A stretch of DNA of 63,702 nucleotides, the filler included, from Octopus bimaculoides (taxonomy: Eukaryota), in NCBI RefSeq assembly GCF_001194135.2. It is 5 parts of 4 records of this genome, joined end to end, with 100 filler letters (N's around TTAATTAATTAA, not from the genome) between each part and the next. Parts side by side here need not be neighbours in the genome. Positions count along the whole stretch, not along the records: positions 22,553 to 47,645 come from NC_068994.1; 4 more parts are not named here. One strand, given 5' to 3'. Numbering within the stretch: the first letter of the stretch is position 1; each line of letters begins with the position of its first letter. Positions 25,760 to 36,299 of this stretch are shown piece by piece. A program made the position numbers and the translations under genes. The notes beneath the pieces were generated by a model, which saw only the letters and a list, made by a program, of their open reading frames with translations, was not told the origin of the DNA and made no database searches.

Positions 25760-26452
25760 TCATCATCATCAGGCATCTGGTGTCCATGCTCGCATGGGTT
25801 GGACGGTTTGACCAGGGCTGGCAAGCTGTAAGGTTGCACCAAACTCCAGTCTGGTTTGGCATGGTTTCTATGGCTGGATGCCCTTCCTAATCAACCACTC
25901 ATAGAGTGTAATGGGTGTTTTTATGTGCCATTAGCATGGGTGCCATTTGCGTGACACCATTTTCTGCTACAACTGATTTTACTTGGCTTGATGGATCTTC
26001 TTTTCAAGCATGACATAATGCCAGAGGTCTCAGTCATTACCTCTGTGAAGCCCAACACTCGAAAGGAGTTCAGCCACTTTGTCTCCGTGAAGCCAGATGC
26101 TTGAAAAGTGCTTTTCACATGCCATAGGCATGAATACTGTTTATGCGACACCAGCATCAATCCCTACTACGATTTCACTTGGCTTGACAGGTTTCTCAAG
26201 CACAGCATATTGCCAAAGGTCTTGGTCACTAGTTTCACTGCTATATAGCATAGCTGTTTGCACATAGGCATCATACAATCTGCCTTTCACTCTGAGTGAG
26301 AGGCCCTTTGTTGCCAGTAGAGGTAGGAACTCTGAACTTTACCCAGGCTAAACTTATTCTCACAGCTACACTCTTGGAGTATCCACCTCCGCTACTGACT
26401 TGGTCACCTAGATAACAGAAGCTATCTACTATCTCTAGCTTACCCCCCCCCC
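25760..26452 (-). mobile_element. RTE-clade LINE 3' fragment with internal deletion
   Basis: LEIVDSFCYLGDQVSSGGG...AW.KFR and TAMLYSSET motifs, 3' UTR and (GAT)n tail. Confidence 0.85.
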
Positions 26453-26763
26453 NNNNNNNNNNNNNNNNNNNNNNNNNNNNNNNNNNNNNNNNNNNNNNNN
26501 NNNNNNNNNNNNNNNNNNNNNNNNNNNNNNNNNNNNNNNNNNNNNNNNNNNNNNNNNNNNNNNNNNNNNNNNNNNNNNNNNNNNNNNNNNNNNNNNNNNN
26601 NNNNNNNNNNNNNNNNNNNNNNNNNNNNNNNNNNNNNNNNNNNNNNNNNNNNNNNNNNNNNNNNNNNNNNNNNNNNNNNNNNNNNNNNNNNNNNNNNNNN
26701 NNNNNNNNNNNNNNNNNNNNNNNNNNNNNNNNNNNNNNNNNNNNNNNNNNNNNNNNNNNNNNN

Positions 26764-26812
<49 letters not shown>

Positions 26813-26820
26813 GTATGTAT

Positions 26821-27642
26821 ACTCTTTTACTCGTTTCATTCTGTTGGTGATCTTTTGCTGAACTGGTAAGTTTCAGGGACGTAAATACACCAACTTCGGT
26901 TGTCAAGTGATGGTGGGGGGGACAAACACAGACACACAAATACATACATATATACACACATGATGGACTTCTTTCAGTTTCTGTCTACCAAATCCACTCA
27001 CAAGGCTTTGCTTGGCCCGATGTTATAGTAGAAGAAACGGATCTATTTTAAAACGGGGGCCACATTTTTCATTAATGTTTTACGTAGTGTTTTTGGTACG
27101 GAAAGACTTTCAAACTTCGTATACTTATCTATTTTGTGTTATAGAACAGAAAAATATTTTTGTATTCGAATTTATTTCATGTAAAAAATTGTCTTATTTC
27201 GATAATTTCAACCAATCACTGACAAGTATTCAGTTGTTTACATTTACTCCTTTGGCTGATTAAGCGATGTAAAGCGTATTTAATCTCCATACCTTCGTTT
27301 TATTTGCTTTAACCTTAACCCTATCCCTAACCCTAGGGTTAGGGTTAATTGTTTCAGAATCGTTTGTTTATGTAGTCGGCACTTAATGTATATCGGCTGA
27401 ATGGACGTCAGTGATTGGTTGAAATTACAGAAATACGACAACTTTAACATGGAATAATTTATGGATTTCTTTTTTTTTAAGAAGACTAAGAGAAAAAGAT
27501 GTTTTATATGACACATTCTACCAGTGTTCCAAGTTTCAAAGTGTTTCGTTAATGAAAAATGTGGCCCCCGTTTTAAAAAAGATCCGAAGAAACTTGCCCA
27601 AGGTGCCACGCAGTGGAACTAAACCTGGAACCATATGTGCAA
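26821..27642 (-). mobile_element. SINE family A interrupted by a MITE
   Basis: The SINE sequence CTATAGTAGAAGA-ACTTGCCCAAGGTGCC is split at 27038/27586. Confidence 0.85.
27039..27585. mobile_element. 547-bp MITE with GG termini and 8-bp TSD (Merlin- or MULE-like)
   Basis: TIR of about 37 bp (GGATCTATTTTAAAACGGGGGCCACATTTTTCATTAA); TSD GAAGAAAC at 27031-27038 and 27586-27593; internal inverted repeat TTCAACCAATCACTGAC. Confidence 0.9.
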
Positions 27643-27829
27643 GTATATATATATTATATACTGAAGAATCACAAAGAGAACTGACTGAAATTCAGATAAA
27701 AACCAACGTGGAGGCAACTCCTGTTTCAATACTAGTGTTTCCAACAATAAATGTATATTGTACAATATACAATCTTTTTTTTTTTAATTGAAAGACATTT
27801 TATTAATTTTATATCCTAGTGTTAAATAA

Positions 27830-30120
27830 TTTAATGAAGCAGGGGGAAAGAAAATTTTTACACAATGCACTATTACTGTTACACATGATTAAACACTCAC
27901 TACCAATTGCTTACAGTGAACTGCTTACCAATTGCTCACAGTTCTTAATTTTATTGCAATGTTTCAGTCCACTTTTAGTCACATAAGGATGGTCGGAATC
28001 CTTCTACAACATCTTCCCTCTTTAGAATTAAACTCCATTCAGAGTTTTAATAGCTCTTAAACTTAGGGCTCAATTCCCGTGTTTTTGTTCTTTGCCATTT
28101 TCTGGTGCCGGAACGTATAGTTTCAGACTGTTTGGGTGTTGATACCTCAAACATGTACAATACTTCAATGGGGATTTCATTTCTCATGACTGGTTTTTCT
28201 GTGAATCTTTTTTTAAGTTGGTTAATATGTCTTTTATGTTTGACATTGTTTCCTTTTACCAGAATAGCATTTTCCATTATACAGTGAATTACAAGCGAAT
28301 TACACAGTCCTCCCAGCTTTCTTTACCATATCTATAGGTTTTTAAAAGTCACCTAACTTGAAAAATTTTGAACTTTGCTTTTTTTTCTATTGTCACTCAG
28401 TATCAAAAACGGATCTGACCTTTCTAGCAAACATCAATTCTAGTGGTTGAGGGAACCTGTGGAAGAGGTGGACCAAGGAAGACCTGGGATGAGGTGGTGA
28501 AGCACGACCTTTGAACATGAGGCTGCACCAAGGCAATGACTAGTGACCGAGACCTTTGGAAATATGCTGTGCTTGAGAAGACCCGACAAGCCAAGTGAGA
28601 CCATAACCTGTGGCCGATGCCAGTGGTATTACCAGCCCACTTATGCATGCCTTTCCTTCATTGGACACTAAACTCTGCTTGCGAAGACCTGTTGAGGCAA
28701 GTGAAATCGAAATCAAATTCGATGTCAGCACCGCATGACTGGCATCCGTGCCAGTGGAGTGCTAAGTGCACCATCCGAGCATGATTGTTACCAGGGCCAG
28801 TGACTGGCTCCTGTGCCGGTGGCACGTAAAAAGCACCATTCAAGCATGATCGTTACCAGCGTCGCCTTACTGGCACTTGTGCCGGTGGCATGTGAAAAAC
28901 AACATTTGAGCGAGGTTGTTGCCAGTGCCTCTGGACTGGTTTCTGTGCAGGTGGCACGTAAAAAACACCATTTGAGCGTGACCGTTGCCAGTACCGCCTG
29001 ACTGGCCCTTGTGCCGGTGGCACGTAAAAGCACCCACTACACTCTTTGAGTGGTTGGCATTAGGAAGGGCATCCAGCTGTAGAAACTCTGCCAGATCAGA
29101 TTGGAGCTGGTGCAGCCACTGGCTTGCCAATAAACTGTCCAACTCCTGCCAGCATGGAAAGCGAGCGTTAAACGATGATGATGATACCCCAGAGTTGCAA
29201 CCTATTAGCAGTATGGGTAGGGATTACTTTCTTTGACCCTTATATAGATAATAACAGATGATGATTTTTAAAGCAAATGGTAACTTGTAATTTATACAGT
29301 TCTTTATGTGTGTTAATTGTTAGGTGTTTAGAGCATTCATTGTCGACTCTAATTTGTAGGTACGCATCAGAGAGGACAATTTAGAAAATATCTTGCCACT
29401 GTTTAATTTCACAAATATGTTCTCTGGAGTAAGTAGCGGATAGTGGAACGTTTTAAGACATTCGTTTAACCCAGTGCAAAAATCAGCACACACTCTGGTT
29501 TTATTATTCTTTTTCTTAGTGTACACAGTTGGTGATGCTCATTGACTATATTCCACTTTTTGGATAACTCCAATTTTCTCTAGTTTCTCTAACTGGTTTC
29601 CAAGTTTATTTTAATCTAGGTCTTCTGATTTTTTTTCCATGTATCTGTGTTGAGTATTGATATATCACTGCCCATATCCAATTGTAACTTTACATTTGTG
29701 CTATTAATGTTTACATACACAAATTTCCTTTGAGGCTCATTCATATTTCTTGTCACTGATAACCTGTTTGTGTAATTTTTTCTGTTGAACCGTTTCTTAG
29801 GTTCTGTGTGATTCTTTATGACCTATCTTACCACACTTGAAGCATTTTATATTTTTAAATGGACAGTTACTTTTAAAATGTAGAAGACCATATCCATAAC
29901 ATGGATTTGGTCTTGACATTTTTTTCTCTTTTCTGTTACCAGTTGACATGCATGAATATGAGCAAACTTTTTCAATTTTATCTGCATCATGTCTTAGATT
30001 TATAATGCTCTGGCATTCTTCTACTACTGTCTGTAAAGTTAACTTATGGTCCTGTTCTAATTTTCTCAGTATCTGGAACATATATCTACATCTTTGCTTG
30101 TAAGCGCTTGAAACAAAATT
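27830..30120 (-). mobile_element. Heavily deleted Ty3/Gypsy LTR retrotransposon, with a nested RTE LINE
   Basis: Gag zinc knuckle CFKCGKIGH (29797-30126), protease QLDMGSD, RT start VCADF...GKIFSK, integrase C-terminus KRHINQLKKR, PPT AAAGAGGGAAGA then TGTTGT at 28011. The left LTR boundary is approximate. Confidence 0.85.
28435..29186 (+). mobile_element. 5'-truncated RTE-clade LINE
   Basis: VEGTCGRG.PRKTWDEVVKHDL...MTSDRDLWKYAVLEK; 3' UTR with about 60-bp subrepeats; (GAT)n tail. Confidence 0.9.
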
Positions 30121-30124
30121 AGAC

Positions 30125-30510
30125 ATTTTACTCTTTTATTTGTTTTTCATTTGACTACGGCCATGCTGAATCACTGCCTTTAGTCGAACAAATCGACCCC
30201 AGGACTTATTCTTTGTAAGCCTAGTACTTAGTCTGTCGATTTCTTTTGCCAAACTTCTAAGTTATGGGGATGTAAACAAACCAACATTGGTTGTCAAGCG
30301 ATGGTGGTGTGATAAACACAGACACACAAACATACATATATATACATATGACAGGCTTTTTTCACTTTCCGTCTTCCAAATCCACTCACAAAGCTTTGAT
30401 TGGCCTTCAGCTACAGTAGAAGACACTTGGCCAAGGTGCCACGCAGTGGGACTGAACCAAGAACATGTGGTTGGTAAGCAAGCTACTTACCACACTGCCA
30501 CTCTTGCACC
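30125..30510 (-). mobile_element. Full-length SINE family A
   Basis: Collinear with 13892-14316. Confidence 0.9.
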
Positions 30511-30770
30511 TATGTCCGGGGTTAATTAATTTAATTTGAATTTTCCACACTGTCTGTTAACAACTCTGGCATAAGTGATGAAATCTTCATCCTTTTTGTC
30601 CAAATTTAAACATTGCCAGCAAGTATTGAACAGGGAACTTCTTTCACTGAAAAATTTTCAATAAAAAATTGTTTCATCAAAGCAAGTTTCACCAGGTTTC
30701 TTCGGCAGAATATAATTACTGTATTTTTTGTGTTTAGCAGGGGATAACTTTCTTAAAAGTAGTCTTACTA

Positions 30771-31941
30771 GGAGGGGTGTCTGAAAAGTCTTGAGCCTCA
30801 AAAAAACAAAACATGGTACAAGACTTCTGATGATTTATTTTTCAACATAGTCCCCCTCGATGGCTGAACACTTTCTCCAGTGGTGCTGAAGTGCCATTAT
30901 CCCGGCGTAGAAGAACTCTTTTGTTTGGGACTCCAAGAAACTTCCTACAGCATCTATGACGTCATTGTCACTGGCAAAATGGTGACCAGCCAGGGCTTTT
31001 TTCATTTTTGGAAATAGATGAAAGTCAGAGGGGGCTAAGTTTGGCGAATAAGGCGGATGGGGAACAAGTTCGTATCCACAATCATGAATTGTTGCCATGG
31101 CAACCACTGAGGTGTGGGCTGGAGCATTGTCTTGATGAAAAAGGACTCCTCTGGAGAGCATTCCCAGCCTTTTTTCTTTGATTGCTTCTCAGAGGCGTTT
31201 CAGTAGCTGAGAATAATACAGCCCTGTCACGGTGTGACCCTTTTCAAGGTAATCGATCAGCAAGACACCTTGAGAATCCCCAAAAAACGGACGCCATGAC
31301 CTTGCCAGCTGAAGGAATGACCCTGGCCTTCTTTGGAGTAGGGGAAGATGTGTGCTTCCACTGCTTTGATTGTTCTTTGGTTTCAGGCTGGTAGTGATGG
31401 ACCCAAATTTTGTCCATAGTAATGAAACAAGCAAGAAAATTCTCTTCATCGGCTTCAAACAGTTCCAGATTGCTCGTACACAAAGTGCACCCGGTGTGTT
31501 TCTGTTCAGGAGTCAAAAGGCAAGGGACCCACCTTGCAGAAACCTTGAGAACCCAAGTTCATTTGTCACAATGTTGTCTGCTCTTTCAGTTGAGATTCCC
31601 AGTCTCTCGGCTATCTGACGACATGATATTTGGTGATCTTGCATTATCATACCAAGAGCAAGGTCAAGGTTGTCCTTGGTGATTGCAGTTGGAGGTCTCC
31701 CTGGTCTTGGATCATCTTCCACACTCTCCCTGCCATGCTTGAATTCATTTACCCAGCGTTTGACTGTTGCATATCAAGGAGCATTGTCTGTTAAGGTTCT
31801 CACCATATCTTCATGGATTTCTGATGGAGTCATGCCTTTCAAATGAAGGTACTTTATGACAGCACGATACTCAGTTTTCTCCATTTTCCTTGTAAATTCG
31901 AAGCTTGTTTATTCAAAAATCTGCAACAAAAACAATTAAAA
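30771..31941 (-). pseudogene. Mariner DD34D transposase, frameshifted
   Basis: TMDKIWVHHY, FHQDNAPAH, YSPNLAPSDFHLF with 34 residues between D2 and D3; TIR GGAGGGGTGTCTGAAAAGTC after TA; the other end lies in a gap. Confidence 0.95.
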
Positions 31942-32723
31942 NNNNNNNNNNNNNNNNNNNNNNNNNNNNNNNNNNNNNNNNNNNNNNNNNNNNNNNNNNN
32001 NNNNNNNNNNNNNNNNNNNNNNNNNNNNNNNNNNNNNNNNNNNNNNNNNNNNNNNNNNNNNNNNNNNNNNNNNNNNNNNNNNNNNNNNNNNNNNNNNNNN
32101 NNNNNNNNNNNNNNNNNNNNNNNNNNNNNNNNNNNNNNNNNNNNNNNNNNNNNNNNNNNNNNNNNNNNNNNNNNNNNNNNNNNNNNNNNNNNNNNNNNNN
32201 NNNNNNNNNNNNNNNNNNNNNNNNNNNNNNNNNNNNNNNNNNNNNNNNNNNNNNNNNNNNNNNNNNNNNNNNNNNNNNNNNNNNNNNNNNNNNNNNNNNN
32301 NNNNNNNNNNNNNNNNNNNNNNNNNNNNNNNNNNNNNNNNNNNNNNNNNNNNNNNNNNNNNNNNNNNNNNNNNNNNNNNNNNNNNNNNNNNNNNNNNNNN
32401 NNNNNNNNNNNNNNNNNNNNNNNNNNNNNNNNNNNNNNNNNNNNNNNNNNNNNNNNNNNNNNNNNNNNNNNNNNNNNNNNNNNNNNNNNNNNNNNNNNNN
32501 NNNNNNNNNNNNNNNNNNNNNNNNNNNNNNNNNNNNNNNNNNNNNNNNNNNNNNNNNNNNNNNNNNNNNNNNNNNNNNNNNNNNNNNNNNNNNNNNNNNN
32601 NNNNNNNNNNNNNNNNNNNNNNNNNNNNNNNNNNNNNNNNNNNNNNNNNNNNNNNNNNNNNNNNNNNNNNNNNNNNNNNNNNNNNNNNNNNNNNNNNNNN
32701 NNNNNNNNNNNNNNNNNNNNNNA

Positions 32724-35700
32724 ATGTGACTGTCAGTGGACTGAATTAATCTTATAAATAGATAGACCAGTAGACAAAGTTGAACTGTGAGAGTGTTAGT
32801 CTTGTCATTGATTCTATGTTGGAGTATTGGATTGTCATTGTATGAACAGTTATATGAAGATAACCAACTCTTGTTACATTGCTTCTTGTTATATGGTTAT
32901 ATTTGGTACTGTGATATATTGTTACATACATGCACATCATATATCGTCACTGATGATATAACAGTTGGCGATGAGAAGTGTTTGAGACTTACTCGAATTA
33001 TTGTGAATTGTATATTTTTTATGAGAAGAAGAAATTTGTTTTGTTTATCATAGAAAAATTACTGTCAACCATAATAGAGTTGCTAAAACAGCAACATGAG
33101 ATTTTACAGGTTCTCCTCAAGGAAACAAAAAATGTTACAAATGTATTTACACCAGATCTGTTGGCAAGCTCCATCAATGAATTTAGATATAATCTGGATG
33201 AAGGTGTTACATTTGCTGCTTATTATAATCGATCTGAGGAAATATTCAAGAAAGAAAGGTTCAGACTGGAAAGAAGTTCAGAAGACTAGACTTTTGCTAA
33301 GAAAATTAGCACCAGTAGAACATGAAAAGTATATCAATTATATACTACCCCAAAAACCTGGAGAATTACTATTTGAATACACAATGAGCACACTATCATG
33401 CATTTTTAGTGAAAAAAATCTTTGTTCAACACAAGAGGGTCCTGTTTAAATTTGACAAAAAACATAGAGGATGACTTCATAACATATGCCGGAATAGTAA
33501 ACCGTGAGTGTGAAAAGTTCAAACTAAAGGAACTGACAATGGATATGTTTATGTGCCTGATATTTGTTCAAGGATTAACTGCACAACAGGATTTGGAAAT
33601 TTGCACAAGAATATTGACTAAGCTAGAACAGAACCAGGATATTACTCTTCAACAGATATCAGAAGACTATCATTATCATCATCATCTAGTGTTTTAAATC
33701 CGGGTTTTATCTCTGTTAATGGGTGTGGCCAGATCTACCTCAATGCTTATAGCAACCAAGGTAGGCAGGTGCAGCCCACCCCAACCTTTGGGCTGGCTGG
33801 TGCCCATTCTTTGCTATCATGTGGCTTTTTTGGAGCTGGATTTTCTACGGGGAGCATGCCCTTGCTTATCCCCAACCTCAGTTTCTAGACATGAGTGGTC
33901 CCGAAACCAAGGCCTCTACCATGATTTTTAATGGATAATAAATCTTAAACATGACAATGAGAGAATACTGGAACATGATATATCAAACATAGAGGCTATA
34001 AGGCCAAAGAAAAACATTAGAAAGTGCAAAGTGGATTGATGCACAAGATGCAGTCAAATACATGATTGATATGACTCTCTGTTCAAAAAACTTAAACACT
34101 TCAGGTGTGGTTTTCGAGGTCACAGAAGTTCTCATTGTCTCACAAAAAATAAGGAAAGCATCCAAATATGATGCATTCAGGAAACATAATAAAAATGTAT
34201 ACAGTGTATCTGAAAATGATAAGGATAATAATATACATAGAAAGTTTGTAAACATAAAAATAAATGGAACAAACGTCAGATTACAGTTCGATACTGGGAG
34301 TGATATAACTATATTAAATGACAAAACATGGAGTACGTTAGGTAAACCGGTACTAAGTAAAACTATAAAAGCTGCGAGAGGTGTTTCGAGAAGAAAATTA
34401 TCGTTTAGAGGTGAATTCAGTTGCAGTGTGACTTTCTGACGAAAAATGATAAAAGCAAAGGCTTATGTGCTAAATAATACCAATAATCTATTTGGAATGG
34501 ATTGGATGGAGGAATTTGATCTTTGGGCTCTACCCATTAATCACTATTAAATGTAATAGGTACAGGCACAAGTTCTAGCACTGACTTGAACAAATTGCAC
34601 AAAGAACTAAAGAAAGTATTCTCAGATGTGTTTTCAGACGAAATTTGAGATAAAAGAGAATGCAATACCAATTTTTAAATCAAAAAGTGTTATATGCACA
34701 TTTTCTAGTCTCTTTAATGTGTTATGTGCACATTTAGAGAGACTACAAAAAATTGGAGTTATCCAAGAAGTGGAATATAGTTCATGGGCATCACCAATTG
34801 TATGTTAAGAAAAAGAATAATAAAATCAGTGTGTGTGCTGATTTTTCCACTTGGTTAAATGAATGTCTTAAAACTGTACCCTACTTAGTCTGGAGGATAT
34901 ATTTGCAAAATTAAACAGTGGCAAGATATTTTCTAAATTGGATCTCTGATGCATATCTACAAATTAAAGTAGATGATGAATGCTCTAAATACCTAACAAT
35001 TAATACACATAAAGGTCTATGAATACAATAGGTTACCATTTGGCTTAAAAGTTGCACTGGTGCTCTTCCAACAGATTATGGATGCAATATTAGTGGATTG
35101 TGAATTTGCAATTGCATATCTCGACATATTGATTAAGAGTGAATTAAGAAGTCTTCTTGTACAACATGTGAAAAAGGTATTTAAAAAACTAAGTGAATAT
35201 GGATTCAAGCTGAGAGCAGATAAGTGTGATTTCTTTTTGCCTAAAATTAGATGTTTGGGGCAAATCATAGATAAGAAAGGGTTGGCGTCCAAATCCTACC
35301 AGGGCATCAGCAATTAAAAATATGCCCCCGCCAAAGAATGTGGCAACATTACAAGCATTTTTGGGTTTGGTGACTTATTACCGAAGTTACATCTGTATTA
35401 TTCATAACTTGCATGTGCCATTAAATTACCTGCTAAAGAAGGGAATGAAATAGAATTGGACGCAAAAAGATATACTAACTTCCAAGCTTTCTTTAGCACA
35501 TTATGATCCGAAAAAAGAAATTGTAGTAGCTTCAGATGCCAGTGAATATGGTACCAGAGCAGTAATTTTGCATAAGTATGAAGGTGGTAATACAAAACCT
35601 GTAGCACATGCATCACATACACTGTTGCCTGCTGAGAGGAATTACAGTAAAATTGAGAAAGAAGCTTTAGTAATTATTTATACTGTAAAAAGTTTTATAA

Positions 35701-35985
35701 ATTCATCCATAGCTGAAGGTTTTGTCTGCAAACCAATCATTGTCCCTTATTGAAGATATTTGGCTCTAAGAAGGGCATCCTAGCACATACTGCCAATAGA
35801 ATGCAGAGGTGGGGAACCATTTTGTTGAACTACAATTTCAAAATGGAATACCGCCCCTCAAAAAAGTTAAGCCATGCAGATGGGTTATCTAGGTTAATAC
35901 TTAAAAATATTGAAATGTTCAAAGAAAGTATAATTGCATCATTAAGAGCTGAAACAGAGATAAAAAGCATTTTACTATATTTTTA
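32724..35985 (+). mobile_element. Ty3/Gypsy LTR retrotransposon (5' LTR, PBS, gag, protease, RT, RNase H), degenerate and truncated before integrase
   Basis: LTR ends ATAACA at 32963; PBS TGGCGATGAG; LQFDTGSD; SWASPIV, RLPFG, AYLD; VASDAS, NYSKIEKEAL, HADGLSRL; many stops and frameshifts. Confidence 0.95.
33673..33930 (-). mobile_element. (GAT)n-tailed retroposon inserted in gag
   Basis: (CAT)n at the left edge and RTE-tail-like motifs; removing it restores EDYQWIINLKHD (compare EECQSIINLRHD in the paralogous gag). Confidence 0.7.
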
Positions 35986-35994
35986 AGTAAAACA

Positions 35995-36136
35995 CACCCC
36001 TTAGTGATTCGACATAAGAGAACGATAGAATAAGTACTAGACTTACAAAAAATAAGTCCTGGGGTGGATTTACTCGACTAAAGGTGGTGCTCCAGCATGG
36101 CCACAATCAAATGGCTGAAATAAGTAAAAGAGTAAA
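35995..36136 (+). mobile_element. SINE family A, 3' portion
   Basis: GATAGAATAAGTACTAG...AAGTAAAAGAGTAAA. Confidence 0.8.
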
Positions 36137-36299
36137 TATTTTTGTTCACTTTGTAACAGTGAAATGTATTTCATCCTGTTCTCAGATAATCCTCTTATAA
36201 ACCTGTTTATAGAATGCGTTTATTGTTGCAAACATTGACAGAAACATAACTTTAGTTCCTATAAGTGATTTCTACCATTCTATAAAATTTGACCTTTGT

